A stretch of DNA of 35,620 nt from a virus (lineage: Duplodnaviria > Caudoviricetes). How positions within the stretch are numbered: the stretch's first letter is position 1; the number at the start of each line of letters is the position of its first letter. This document shows, in pieces, positions 8,935 to 16,131 of this stretch. A program made the position numbers and the translations under genes. The stretch lies in the IMG/VR virus record IMGVR_UViG_3300009095_000038, positions 1 through 35,620 of that record; one strand, written 5' to 3'. The notes below the pieces were generated by a model. That model had not been told where the DNA came from. It was given only the letters and a program-made list of their open reading frames with translations, and ran no database searches.

Positions 8935-8963
8935 ACTCTACACACATTCTGCTCAGTTGTCAA
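8935..8963 (-). promoter_or_regulatory. SigA-type promoter TTGACA-17-TAGAGT
   Basis: Consensus elements driving the 8897 ORF and thyA. Confidence 0.85.
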
Positions 8964-8976
8964 ACCTTGTAAGCGT

Positions 8977-9028
8977 GTCTACAAATGTGTACGTTCGTGG
9001 ACATTTGTGAATGTGTAGGAACGTACAC
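8977..9028. repeat. 10-bp-phased GTNNAC-type hexamers with overlapping inverted repeats
   Basis: GTCTAC 8977, GTGTAC 8987, GTGGAC 8997, GTGAAT 9007; GTGTACGTTC (8987)/GAACGTACAC (9019); ACAAATGT (8981)/ACATTTGT (9001). Confidence 0.6.
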
Positions 9029-9040
9029 TTTGGCATAGCG

Positions 9041-9073
9041 AAAGCCCCTTACTTTTTAGGTAAGGGGCTTTTT
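9041..9073. terminator. Intrinsic terminator
   Basis: AAAGCCCCTTAC/GTAAGGGGCTTT stem after the 9081 stop. Confidence 0.8.
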
Positions 9074-9080
9074 GCGTTAC

Positions 9081-9386
9081 TTAGAGCGTTCCGTTAGTGC
9101 CTTGGTTACGCCCGAACAGCTTGAACTTGCGCTTGGGTACTAAAGCTACTGGACAATCATTGTCGAAGTTTTCCAGCAACCTCTGAACCTCCGGGGAGCT
9201 TCCCTTGACTATTCCTCCCTCAGCGTACTGAGTTTCAGGGAACACTTCGTTGCCCTCATCATCCTCAAGCCAATGTTGACCTGTAGCGATATGGGTCACA
9301 GTCCACCAACGGTCGCAAATAGTGCGATAGTTGTCAGTTTCACTCCACTTGGCTTCTAGCTCTTCGAACAATGGCGTTTCACTCAC
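9081..9386 (-). CDS. Hypothetical protein
   Basis: Likely GTG at 9386 (VSETPLFEEL), RBS GGAAGGA, overlaps the upstream stop. Confidence 0.65.
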   Translation of the reverse strand: MSETPLFEELEAKWSETDNYRTICDRWWTVTHIATGQHWLEDDEGNEVFPETQYAEGGIVKGSSPEVQRLLENFDNDCPVALVPKRKFKLFGRNQGTNGTL

Positions 9387-9669
9387 CGAAAATTCCTTCC
9401 GTAGGGTATCCTTCTTGCACACGCAAGCTCCACCATTTAGTCTGACACTTCTCGCAATGATGTTCGTACTTTTCCAGTGGCGTTGATTCAGACAGAGGCA
9501 CTTTGTCAACAAGATCAAACCACCACTTGTTCCTAGTGGCTCCTTGATTTCCTCTGCACAGAGGGGTCAAGTGTACTCCTGAGCCTAAGTCATTTGCTCT
9601 CGCAATGTGGTACTTATTCCAGCCACCGCTAGAGGGTGACCAAGTTACATACTTGACTTCGGTGCTCAC
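9379..9669 (-). CDS. Hypothetical protein with H..C..CxxC possible zinc site
   Basis: 96 aa; GTGA coupling; YHI...LC...CEKC. Confidence 0.7.
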   Translation of the reverse strand: MSTEVKYVTWSPSSGGWNKYHIARANDLGSGVHLTPLCRGNQGATRNKWWFDLVDKVPLSESTPLEKYEHHCEKCQTKWWSLRVQEGYPTEGIFGE

Positions 9670-9872
9670 TTGTCCTCCTGATTGTTAGGAACTCGCCAGA
9701 ACGTGCTCCAGCCATTGAAGCCTTGGATAAGCACATTCTCCGTCATGAAATTGATCGTAGGGTGCTCTCCCTCCTTGTACAGCAGTAGCACACCGTCAGC
9801 CAATGAGTGCGTGTCTGCTTCACAGGTCTGCTCATTACCCGCTGAGTCTGCAATGTAGTAAGTGTAGTTCAC
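9666..9872 (-). CDS. Hypothetical protein
   Basis: GTG 9872 in a GTGA overlap, RBS GGAG. Confidence 0.65.
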   Translation of the reverse strand: MNYTYYIADSAGNEQTCEADTHSLADGVLLLYKEGEHPTINFMTENVLIQGFNGWSTFWRVPNNQEDK

Positions 9873-10042
9873 TGTTTCTCCATTCCGTAGTATGTGCGTA
9901 GAAAGGCTTCCCACGTCAGTTTGTTGTCACTCATGCACACGTGCCAGCGCTGAGTACGCCTCTCACTGCGGGTAGCCTCAGCCTTGAACAGCTTAGCTCC
10001 TACAATGCCCTTGCGGATAGCTTTAGCGTGTCGTGTTTTCAT
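9869..10042 (-). CDS. Small basic hypothetical protein
   Basis: ATG 10042 (MKTRHAKAIRKG); fills the gap between coupled genes. Confidence 0.6.
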   Translation of the reverse strand: MKTRHAKAIRKGIVGAKLFKAEATRSERRTQRWHVCMSDNKLTWEAFLRTYYGMEKQ

Positions 10043-10523
10043 ATTCCCATCCCGGAACAATAGTAGTGTTGATTCCTTCCGACTTCCACAGCTCAATAAT
10101 GGCTGGGTTATCGTCGTATGCATGTACCACATTGTAACGCTTGCGGATACGCTCCAGAATCTCCCGCTTGACTTCAACATCCTTGCGCATGTCCTTGTCT
10201 GCCCGGTGGTAGTGCTCGTCAGGCACAAGTGATCGCTCACTGAGCCACCAGCTAGTCTGTGGCCTGAACCGCTCACTACGAGCAGTCACGACAATCACCT
10301 TGAAGCCCAAGTCCTGAGCGGTCTTGAAGTCTTCTACTACCCAGTCGTGTGCGGGACAGTTCACCGACTCCTCATGGAAAGCGTTGAAGTCCTTGTAGCC
10401 CTTGTACTTAGGGTCAGTCGGGATCAGATGGTGCCGAATACTTGATACGTCGCACAGGGACCCGTCCATGTCGAAAATTACTGCTTTAGGCTTCTTCAAT
10501 TTGTCCCCCATACCTTGCCCCAC
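10023..10523 (-). CDS. HAD-family phosphatase (polynucleotide kinase 3'-phosphatase-like domain, no kinase domain)
   Basis: IFDMDGSL, VVTAR, R...D.R.D.EVK, YDDNP...W...G motifs as in the T4 PNKP C-terminal domain; start 10523 or 10511. Confidence 0.88.
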   Translation of the reverse strand: MGQGMGDKLKKPKAVIFDMDGSLCDVSSIRHHLIPTDPKYKGYKDFNAFHEESVNCPAHDWVVEDFKTAQDLGFKVIVVTARSERFRPQTSWWLSERSLVPDEHYHRADKDMRKDVEVKREILERIRKRYNVVHAYDDNPAIIELWKSEGINTTIVPGWEYENTTR

Positions 10524-11004
10524 TTAGTGCGCGAGTTATTGTTGTTCTTCCTACGCCTAGCTTATCTGCAATTGCCTTTTGTGTCCAGCCTTGTTCACGA
10601 AGCAGTCGTATTTCTTTCAAGTTCTCCGGTGTCAGGTGTGCCCGACTATTGAATGTTCCTCTATCATGTGTGCCATGCACCAGCTTTCTTGCAGAGTTTT
10701 CGGCGGGGGTTTCCCAAGCAAGATTTTCTGGTTTGTTGTTATGGCTGTTGCCGTCTAAGTGAGAGGCCTGCATTCCTTCCTGTGGGGGCAGTCCGTGAAA
10801 GGCCTTGCACACTAATCTGTGTACGTCATTATTCACTCTCCTACCAGAGCCTTTTAGGATACTGACTGTGCGGTACAGCCCTGACTTGCTTATGCCTCCT
10901 GCCAGTTGCCTAGGCTTCTTGCCCATGTAGCTGATTATGCACCCATCCGCAGAGGCTTGGTAGCGGGGGTCAATTCCGGGGATTTCTCTTGTATGTTCCA
11001 TCAT
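10486..11004 (-). CDS. HNH endonuclease (NUMOD4-like N-terminus, HNH, C-terminal HTH)
   Basis: REIPG...YQAS..G.I; VHRLVC.AF; HLDGNSHNN.PENL.W; WTQKAIADKLGVGRTTI; ATG 7 nt after TGG-TAGTAT. Confidence 0.9.
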   Translation of the reverse strand: MMEHTREIPGIDPRYQASADGCIISYMGKKPRQLAGGISKSGLYRTVSILKGSGRRVNNDVHRLVCKAFHGLPPQEGMQASHLDGNSHNNKPENLAWETPAENSARKLVHGTHDRGTFNSRAHLTPENLKEIRLLREQGWTQKAIADKLGVGRTTITRALSGARYGGQIEEA

Positions 11005-11023
11005 GTCAAATATACTACCACAC

Positions 11024-11287
11024 TCACTGCTCTACCTCCCATGCACTAGTCCAACGGCTTACACGTACTTGCTTGTCTTCAAGCTTCAGCGTAGCAATGT
11101 CAGGCCTAAGTTGCATCTGTTGCTCGTAAATGGTAGCTAGTTGTGCACAGGTCTTGCGTGCGCTACGCTCATCGGTGTTTACTAGGTACTGTGCCATAGC
11201 TTCAATGGCTTTGGTTCGTGAAGTCACAGTAGGCTCCTCCATGTTTGGTTGTTCTTCCAGCTTATCTGGCTCTGCGGTGTTTGTCAA
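11024..11287 (-). CDS. Hypothetical protein
   Basis: 87 aa; TTGA coupling; C-terminal VSRWTSAWEV. Confidence 0.6.
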   Translation of the reverse strand: MTNTAEPDKLEEQPNMEEPTVTSRTKAIEAMAQYLVNTDERSARKTCAQLATIYEQQMQLRPDIATLKLEDKQVRVSRWTSAWEVEQ

Positions 11288-11517
11288 GCCGTCTCCCAGT
11301 ACTGGTAAACAGGTGGCTCTGGCTCAGGGTAGGGGAACACCACATTCAGGTCATCCAGCATAGCTAGGATTACCCTTACGCCTCCCACCTTCTCGAACCG
11401 CTCGTTGTCGGTTAGGTCGTCATGGGTCAACGAGTCCTCCATGCCCAAGCGCACAGTGGACCAGAGGTAGAAGTACGCGCCCATCTTGTTGTAGAACTCT
11501 TCTTGGTTGTTTTCCAT
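11284..11517 (-). CDS. Hypothetical protein, leaderless
   Basis: 77 aa; ATG 7 nt after the -10 TAGGCT. Confidence 0.7.
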   Translation of the reverse strand: MENNQEEFYNKMGAYFYLWSTVRLGMEDSLTHDDLTDNERFEKVGGVRVILAMLDDLNVVFPYPEPEPPVYQYWETA

Positions 11518-11524
11518 ACCTACC

Positions 11525-11553
11525 AGCCTACAGGGGAAATCGCACTATGTCAA
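11525..11553 (-). promoter_or_regulatory. SigA-type promoter TTGACA-17-TAGGCT
   Basis: Consensus elements immediately after a terminator. Confidence 0.85.
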
Positions 11554-11557
11554 ACAA

Positions 11558-11589
11558 AAAGACCCTCCGACTTTCGCCAGAGGGTCTTT
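11558..11589 (-). terminator. Intrinsic terminator with GAAA loop
   Basis: Minus strand AAAGACCCTCTGGC-GAAA-GTCGGAGGGTCTTTTT. Confidence 0.8.
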
Positions 11590-11593
11590 CAGG

Positions 11594-11812
11594 TTATTTC
11601 TTGTGCTTCAACACTTGCTTATTATATAGGGAGAACGCTTGCTGGCCTTTATGCTCCTTGAAGGTGTCAGACCCTTTTAGCACACGGTCTTCCACGTACC
11701 TACCTTTCCGGCGCTTGTACTTAGCTGTGTACGCGTGGGGGATAGTTGTCAACCCTTCCCCTCGAATAAGGGTTGTTCCTCGGACAGTCTTGCTTCGGTA
11801 TTCTCTAGGCAC
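11594..11812 (-). CDS. Small basic hypothetical protein, monocistronic
   Basis: 72 aa, K/R-rich, GTG with CAGGAG RBS, own terminator. Confidence 0.7.
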   Translation of the reverse strand: MPREYRSKTVRGTTLIRGEGLTTIPHAYTAKYKRRKGRYVEDRVLKGSDTFKEHKGQQAFSLYNKQVLKHKK

Positions 11813-11829
11813 AGTGTCTCCTGTTTAGT

Positions 11830-12800
11830 TGGTGGCTCCAGTCTACCAGAAAACTCACTAGATAGAAAAATTAGAGCGAATTTTTTGAGGTGCCGTGAAA
11901 GGTGTGAGGGTTTCTGAGCTGATTTGCACTAGGGAGCGAACCCTGTAGAAATAAGTAGCTCGGTGTGCCGACCGGGCCGTATTCAATTGTCAGGAATTTC
12001 TGATTGACTCTTTTCGAAAGTACTTATTCATAAACTTGATGGACTAATTCAAGCGTTCGAGTTGCTCAAACCCTCAATCATGTGCCCTGCCCCTCCCCTT
12101 TTGACTCTCCCCCACATATCACGTACCCCAAACACGGGTACTTAGTTCGTATATCCATTGGCTATACATACCTAATATGCATCAATCACAGCCTATTCAT
12201 AGCTAATATGTAACAATGTTGCTCTTTATTTTCATAACTTAGAGTTAATTACACTTTGTACAGTAAGATCATTGCACTTTGCGTTGCTTTTGTGTTTTTT
12301 ATGGAATGCGTAAAAGCCCTAGTCAGCTCGATCTACTATTGTTGGCGTTCATTTAAATACATTATTTAATAACAGTTCAATTAATGTAGAGTGTGGGTTA
12401 TGTAGGTTATAGGCACATGTTGAGTTGTTTTGCGGTTTAGGTTGGTTGCTGCTGTTTATATAAGGCCTAGTCAGGGGGATACAGGTAAATGCATACCAGA
12501 GTATAACCAAAGTACCCTCGCCTTTCTCTCTCTACTTTTCTTTCTCTTATCATTTTATTATTATTATAGAATATAGAGAGTATAGAGATACGTCATGTGA
12601 GATGTGTAAGATACAGAAGAGTCGGAAACGCTAAAACAGCCCACTCATCAACCCTTCCCATTCACCTAACCTCACACTCATATCCATTCCTATAGCCCTC
12701 ACAGGCCCTGTATAGCCCTTCTAAGCGACTCTAAGCCCTTCTAGGTGTCCGTGGAGCCTTGACTATTCTAAAGCCTCTCAGAGCCTCTCAGAGCGTTCTA
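11830..12800. other. ~1 kb non-coding AT-rich block; candidate origin, packaging site or terminal-repeat boundary
   Basis: No credible ORF; AT tract at 12540-12590; phased repeats at 12691-12800. Confidence 0.55.
12691..12800 (+). repeat. 10-bp-period repeats (TATAGCCCTC, ACAGGCCCTG, TATAGCCCTT, CTAAGCGACT, CTAAGCCCTT; then AAGCCTCTCA, GAGCCTCTCA, GAGCGTTCTA)
   Basis: Read directly; units start at 12691, 12701, 12711, 12721, 12731 and at 12771, 12781, 12791. Confidence 0.7.
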
Positions 12801-12804
12801 GCTG

Positions 12805-12813
12805 TGATAGACT
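12805..12813 (+). promoter_or_regulatory. Extended -10 promoter TGATAGACT (late-type) for the HNH gene
   Basis: Same motif class as before the head and packaging genes. Confidence 0.55.
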
Positions 12814-12842
12814 AGTTATCTCAATCTGTCAAGGGGGAAACA

Positions 12843-13436
12843 TTGCAGGATTGCTATAAATGGCTAGGTAAGCCTAGCGAATACACTGAGCAGATGATCA
12901 TACGCCTTATCGAGCATGAGGTTTACCCTAAGCCGTGGAGTGTCCTAGATACCACCTGCGGCGAACCTCTATGCACAACTATTGAGCACATTATCGTCAT
13001 TGCTCCTACGCGTATCGCCTACCCTAGTGGCCTATGCGTCTATTGTGGGCGTAGTGCGGGCACACGAGATCACATCATGCCACGTACCGTTACAGGCGAA
13101 GCTGTGCGAAGGTCAGTACCTACTGTGCCAGCTTGTGGCCAGTGCAATAGCATTATCAATGACTCCGGCGTGTACTCGATCAATGGTAGGCGAGCCCTCG
13201 CACACAAGGGTATTAGACGCAAATACAAAAAGCTGTTAGCTATGCCTGAATACTCAGACGAGGACTTGGCAGAGTACGGAGACGGTCTAAGACCATTTAT
13301 CGAGCAATCCATTGTGCAGCGTGAGCAAGTACTAGCGCGCTTGAGCTGGCCTGAAGATCCCGACTATGATCACAGATACTTGGGTAAGTCTGAAATACCT
13401 GACCCCTACGCTACAGGATTGCTAGAGTACCTTTAG
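12843..13436 (+). CDS. HNH endonuclease (CxxC-DH-CxxCN type)
   Basis: CVYCG...TRDHIMPR...VPACGQCN; TTG with GGGGG RBS. Confidence 0.88.
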   Translation: MQDCYKWLGKPSEYTEQMIIRLIEHEVYPKPWSVLDTTCGEPLCTTIEHIIVIAPTRIAYPSGLCVYCGRSAGTRDHIMPRTVTGEAVRRSVPTVPACGQCNSIINDSGVYSINGRRALAHKGIRRKYKKLLAMPEYSDEDLAEYGDGLRPFIEQSIVQREQVLARLSWPEDPDYDHRYLGKSEIPDPYATGLLEYL

Positions 13437-13508
13437 TAGTCCTATGGGTACTTGCTCATCCAAGCTCTCGTTTGGCCGTTAGATCGCATCCTGTAGCTTG
13501 GGCATAGC

Positions 13509-13538
13509 AATGCCCCCACCTATACAGGCAGGGGCATT
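13509..13538. terminator. Terminator between the convergent HNH and the early operon
   Basis: AATGCCCC/GGGGCATT stem. Confidence 0.65.
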
Positions 13539-13541
13539 AGG

Positions 13542-13889
13542 CTAGGTATTGCACAACATGTTATAGACCTTGCGTGCAGTAACACGCTTGCCTTCCATAT
13601 AGAACGCATTGCGTGTGCCCTCGATACGTGTACTTACCCGCACATCGTTAGGCAGCAGATAGTCAGCCTCCCCAAACAGCTCTAACGGCGTGTGCTTGAC
13701 CCAAGACTCAGTAGTGACACCATAGAGCATCCACTTGCGGATAGCGTTCTCGGAAGCAATAGTAACCTTGCACAGGGGTGGAACCATTTTACTGCCCACT
13801 TCTTCAAGTACTATCTGCTGATCATCCATGCTCAAAATGACCCACTCACGGCCATACTGGAGCACCTTATCACCCGTTACGAATAGCAC
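13542..13889 (-). CDS. Hypothetical protein, tandem paralog of 13890..14219
   Basis: F..GD N-terminus; YLLPND...GKRVTARKVYN vs YILPDD...GKHSSAQGVWN; RBS GGAGG. Confidence 0.75.
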   Translation of the reverse strand: MLFVTGDKVLQYGREWVILSMDDQQIVLEEVGSKMVPPLCKVTIASENAIRKWMLYGVTTESWVKHTPLELFGEADYLLPNDVRVSTRIEGTRNAFYMEGKRVTARKVYNMLCNT

Positions 13890-14219
13890 TTACTTGCCTC
13901 CATAAACGTAGTTCCACACACCCTGTGCACTTGAGTGCTTGCCACCTATGCGCCAGCGGTATTGCTTGCCAGTATGACGCACATGGATATGAGAATCATC
14001 GGGCAGGATGTAAGTGGTCGTGTCACCGTCCTGCATACGGATTAGGTCGCTTGTGAACGATTCAGTTAGCAGATAAGTCGTTTTACGCTTAGGCGTTAGC
14101 GGCACATGTGAGCGCTCACCGCTAGGCGCTTGGAGCATAAGTAGCTTGTCAGATACTCGGATTACTTGCTGCTCGGACTCAGTGAGCGGGTCTATGATTG
14201 TATCGCCTAGTAGGAACAC
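13890..14219 (-). CDS. Hypothetical protein, tandem paralog of 13542..13889
   Basis: GTG with AAGGGG RBS; motifs shared with 13542..13889. Confidence 0.75.
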   Translation of the reverse strand: MFLLGDTIIDPLTESEQQVIRVSDKLLMLQAPSGERSHVPLTPKRKTTYLLTESFTSDLIRMQDGDTTTYILPDDSHIHVRHTGKQYRWRIGGKHSSAQGVWNYVYGGK

Positions 14220-14294
14220 GTTTTCCCCTTATGTTGTTGGTTAGCTTACCCTCTAAGGATACCAGACCATACCGGAGTATCCCCGGACATAGAA

Positions 14295-14326
14295 ATAGCG
14301 CCCTAACCGTGAGGCTAGAGCGCTAT
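14295..14326 (-). terminator. Intrinsic terminator after the 14331 gene
   Basis: Minus strand ATAGCGCTCTAGCC-TCAC-GGTTAGGGCGCTAT-TTCT. Confidence 0.7.
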
Positions 14327-14330
14327 CTAG

Positions 14331-14774
14331 TTATTCAGCGTGGAACATGCCTTCCCATTCAGGGTGAATTGAGTCAGAGCCGTGGAAGATATGCAACTCG
14401 CCTAAGCTTTCAGCCCAATTGATGAGCAACTCCCCGGCACCTCTAAGCAATCCGCGATCCCAAAAACCTGCACCGTGATGGTTACGTGTCAGTGCTAAGT
14501 CATGTCCGAAACGTTCCCATATATTGCCTAGGTGAGCGCCTGCATGATTACGATACTCATTTACAGCATGAGTGAAGTCCTCAGTGAAGTCTACGCCCTT
14601 CAGTTCTTCAGTGAGCTGTGCGACTAGCTCAGGCGTAGCGTCATCAGCATCATAAAAGTCTTCCCACATCTCTCCAGTGAAATCACCGGATTCATTGGTA
14701 ATCTCGCCTTCACTCCAGATAAGTGAATCTAGCTGTGAGGTGACAATTTCGGTAATCTGGTCATTGGTAAACAT
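14331..14774 (-). CDS. Acidic hypothetical protein with the GHD..LTRN.HGAGFWDR phage motif
   Basis: GHDLALTRNHHGAGFWDRG resembles a recurring phage early-region family of unknown function; own promoter and terminator. Confidence 0.8.
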   Translation of the reverse strand: MFTNDQITEIVTSQLDSLIWSEGEITNESGDFTGEMWEDFYDADDATPELVAQLTEELKGVDFTEDFTHAVNEYRNHAGAHLGNIWERFGHDLALTRNHHGAGFWDRGLLRGAGELLINWAESLGELHIFHGSDSIHPEWEGMFHAE

Positions 14775-14810
14775 TGGGTAATTCCTATCTATTCGGTGTG
14801 CTGTGATTAC

Positions 14811-14839
14811 AGCGTATAGTGTTTTGGGTCAGGATGCAA
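14811..14839 (-). promoter_or_regulatory. SigA-type promoter TTGCAT-17-TACGCT
   Basis: Correct spacing upstream of ATG 14774. Confidence 0.6.
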
Positions 14840-14909
14840 GCGCTACGAACAAGAGTATTACTAGCAAGCCTATATACATTTCAATTTTGGTAGGTATGAC
14901 ACCCTTCAC
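14829..14909 (-). CDS. 26-aa single-TM micropeptide MKGVIPTKIEMYIGLLVILLFVALAS
   Basis: GTGA overlap with the upstream stop, GGAG RBS, hydrophobic C-terminus; below the ORF-track cutoff. Confidence 0.5.
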   Translation of the reverse strand: MKGVIPTKIEMYIGLLVILLFVALAS

Positions 14910-15121
14910 AGTGCCACACTCCAAGTCTCACCGTTTGGGCGTACATGCTTACCATAAGCCGTAGGATCAACTCTGAGGACTCTCCACGCCTCCCATAGAG
15001 CATCGTGAGACTCTACGTCTAGCATGTCTGGAGAGTACACGTCACTAGCGGGATAAGGTTCACCATTATGGGTGAGTGTTGCGCTATCAAGTACAGCTTG
15101 CAGAAACTGAACAAAACTCAT
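14906..15121 (-). CDS. Hypothetical protein
   Basis: 71 aa, TAATG coupling, RBS AAGGAGG. Confidence 0.75.
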   Translation of the reverse strand: MSFVQFLQAVLDSATLTHNGEPYPASDVYSPDMLDVESHDALWEAWRVLRVDPTAYGKHVRPNGETWSVAL

Positions 15122-15684
15122 TAGATAGCCTCCTTCAGTAGTGCGAACAGCTCGGACAAATCATCTTTCAACGCGTAGACGGTGTATCCATCATTATCAA
15201 TGTCTGCCCATTCTGAGTAATCAATTTCTAATTTCTGGAATAGGTCTTCTATTTCATCAATTTCTATTTCCAGCTCAAAACGAATTTCATTATTGAGAAA
15301 CTCAATTTTCGCTTCATATTCCATACGTGTATGAATTTCATCATCAATGACCGGGAAGTCGTGTTGAATATAGAAAAACAATTCCATCAAATCGGACAAT
15401 TCGGAATCCTCCAACTCATTGAAAATAGCCTCGCGTGGCACAAACAATTCGGAATTGATTTCGAAAGTCATTCCTGCGTAGTACGTATTCAGATACTCAA
15501 TGTTTGCCAGGTCGACAAATGACGTACCGTAGCCATACCACGTGCGAGGGAAGGACACATAAGCAATTTCTGGGTACTCTGCGAGGTGTGCCTGAAGGTC
15601 TTCCAAGTCGAAACACTCTTTATTCCGTGGCATACCGTAGCTGTAATCTCGAATAATGTTTTTGTATTCGTCTGCATAAGTCAT
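15121..15684 (-). CDS. Highly acidic early-type protein; candidate DNA mimic
   Basis: 187 aa with about 45 D/E vs about 12 K/R by manual count; FPVIDDE..MEYE motif; RBS AAGGAG. Confidence 0.75.
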   Translation of the reverse strand: MTYADEYKNIIRDYSYGMPRNKECFDLEDLQAHLAEYPEIAYVSFPRTWYGYGTSFVDLANIEYLNTYYAGMTFEINSELFVPREAIFNELEDSELSDLMELFFYIQHDFPVIDDEIHTRMEYEAKIEFLNNEIRFELEIEIDEIEDLFQKLEIDYSEWADIDNDGYTVYALKDDLSELFALLKEAI

Positions 15685-15696
15685 CGTATTTGCTCC

Positions 15697-15774
15697 TTAT
15701 TTCTTGAGAATGATTATTGCGGGAATTACTAGTGCTGAAACTAGTAGCAACAGCCCTAGTATTGTATCTACCAT
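15697..15774 (-). CDS. 25-aa single-TM micropeptide MVDTILGLLLLVSALVIPAIIILKK
   Basis: Overlaps the upstream micro-ORF stop; hydrophobic helix plus KK tail; fills the operon gap. Confidence 0.6.
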   Translation of the reverse strand: MVDTILGLLLLVSALVIPAIIILKK

Positions 15775-15854
15775 TTACTCACTAGCCAAGTAGTGAGCGG
15801 GTAAGTGAGCGCTACGCACACTAGGACTAGTCCTAGCGCGATTAGATCAGCCAC
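15768..15854 (-). CDS. 28-aa single-TM micropeptide MADLIALGLVLVCVALTYPLTTWLVSKW
   Basis: GTG overlapping the upstream stop, RBS GAAGGTGG; hydrophobic. Confidence 0.6.
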   Translation of the reverse strand: MADLIALGLVLVCVALTYPLTTWLVSKW

Positions 15855-16101
15855 GCAGACCACCTTCTTCCACTGACTTGAGTTTACGCATGTTAGTTAC
15901 GCGTCCTGCCGGGGTTAGAGTCAACTCTACTTTCTGGCCGTTGTAGCTATCGTTGTATCCCATACCGTAGACGAAACCGGCATTAGTTTGAGTCTTGAAA
16001 GTTCCTTCGGACGTGTGCAGAATTTTGGACGGGTTGCCGTAGTAGCTCAGATTACCTGACTCTACATTGTAGACAGTTGCAACTAGCTTAGTGCGTGTCA
16101 T
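15847..16101 (-). CDS. Hypothetical protein (S..GNP motif)
   Basis: 84 aa, strong RBS AAGGAG. Confidence 0.75.
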   Translation of the reverse strand: MTRTKLVATVYNVESGNLSYYGNPSKILHTSEGTFKTQTNAGFVYGMGYNDSYNGQKVELTLTPAGRVTNMRKLKSVEEGGLRG

Positions 16102-16131
16102 TTTGTGTTTCTCCTTGTGTGTTGGTTGTTA

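Noticed and set aside
11830-12800. tRNA or other structured RNA genes in the large non-coding block
   Set aside because: No cloverleaf or T-arm GTTCGA in the right context, and no promoter-terminator pair found
12157-14256. Additional weak IdeR-like boxes at 12157, 12864 and 14237
   Set aside because: Only 13-14 of 19 matches, in TAG-rich sequence; cannot be separated from chance without a PWM scan
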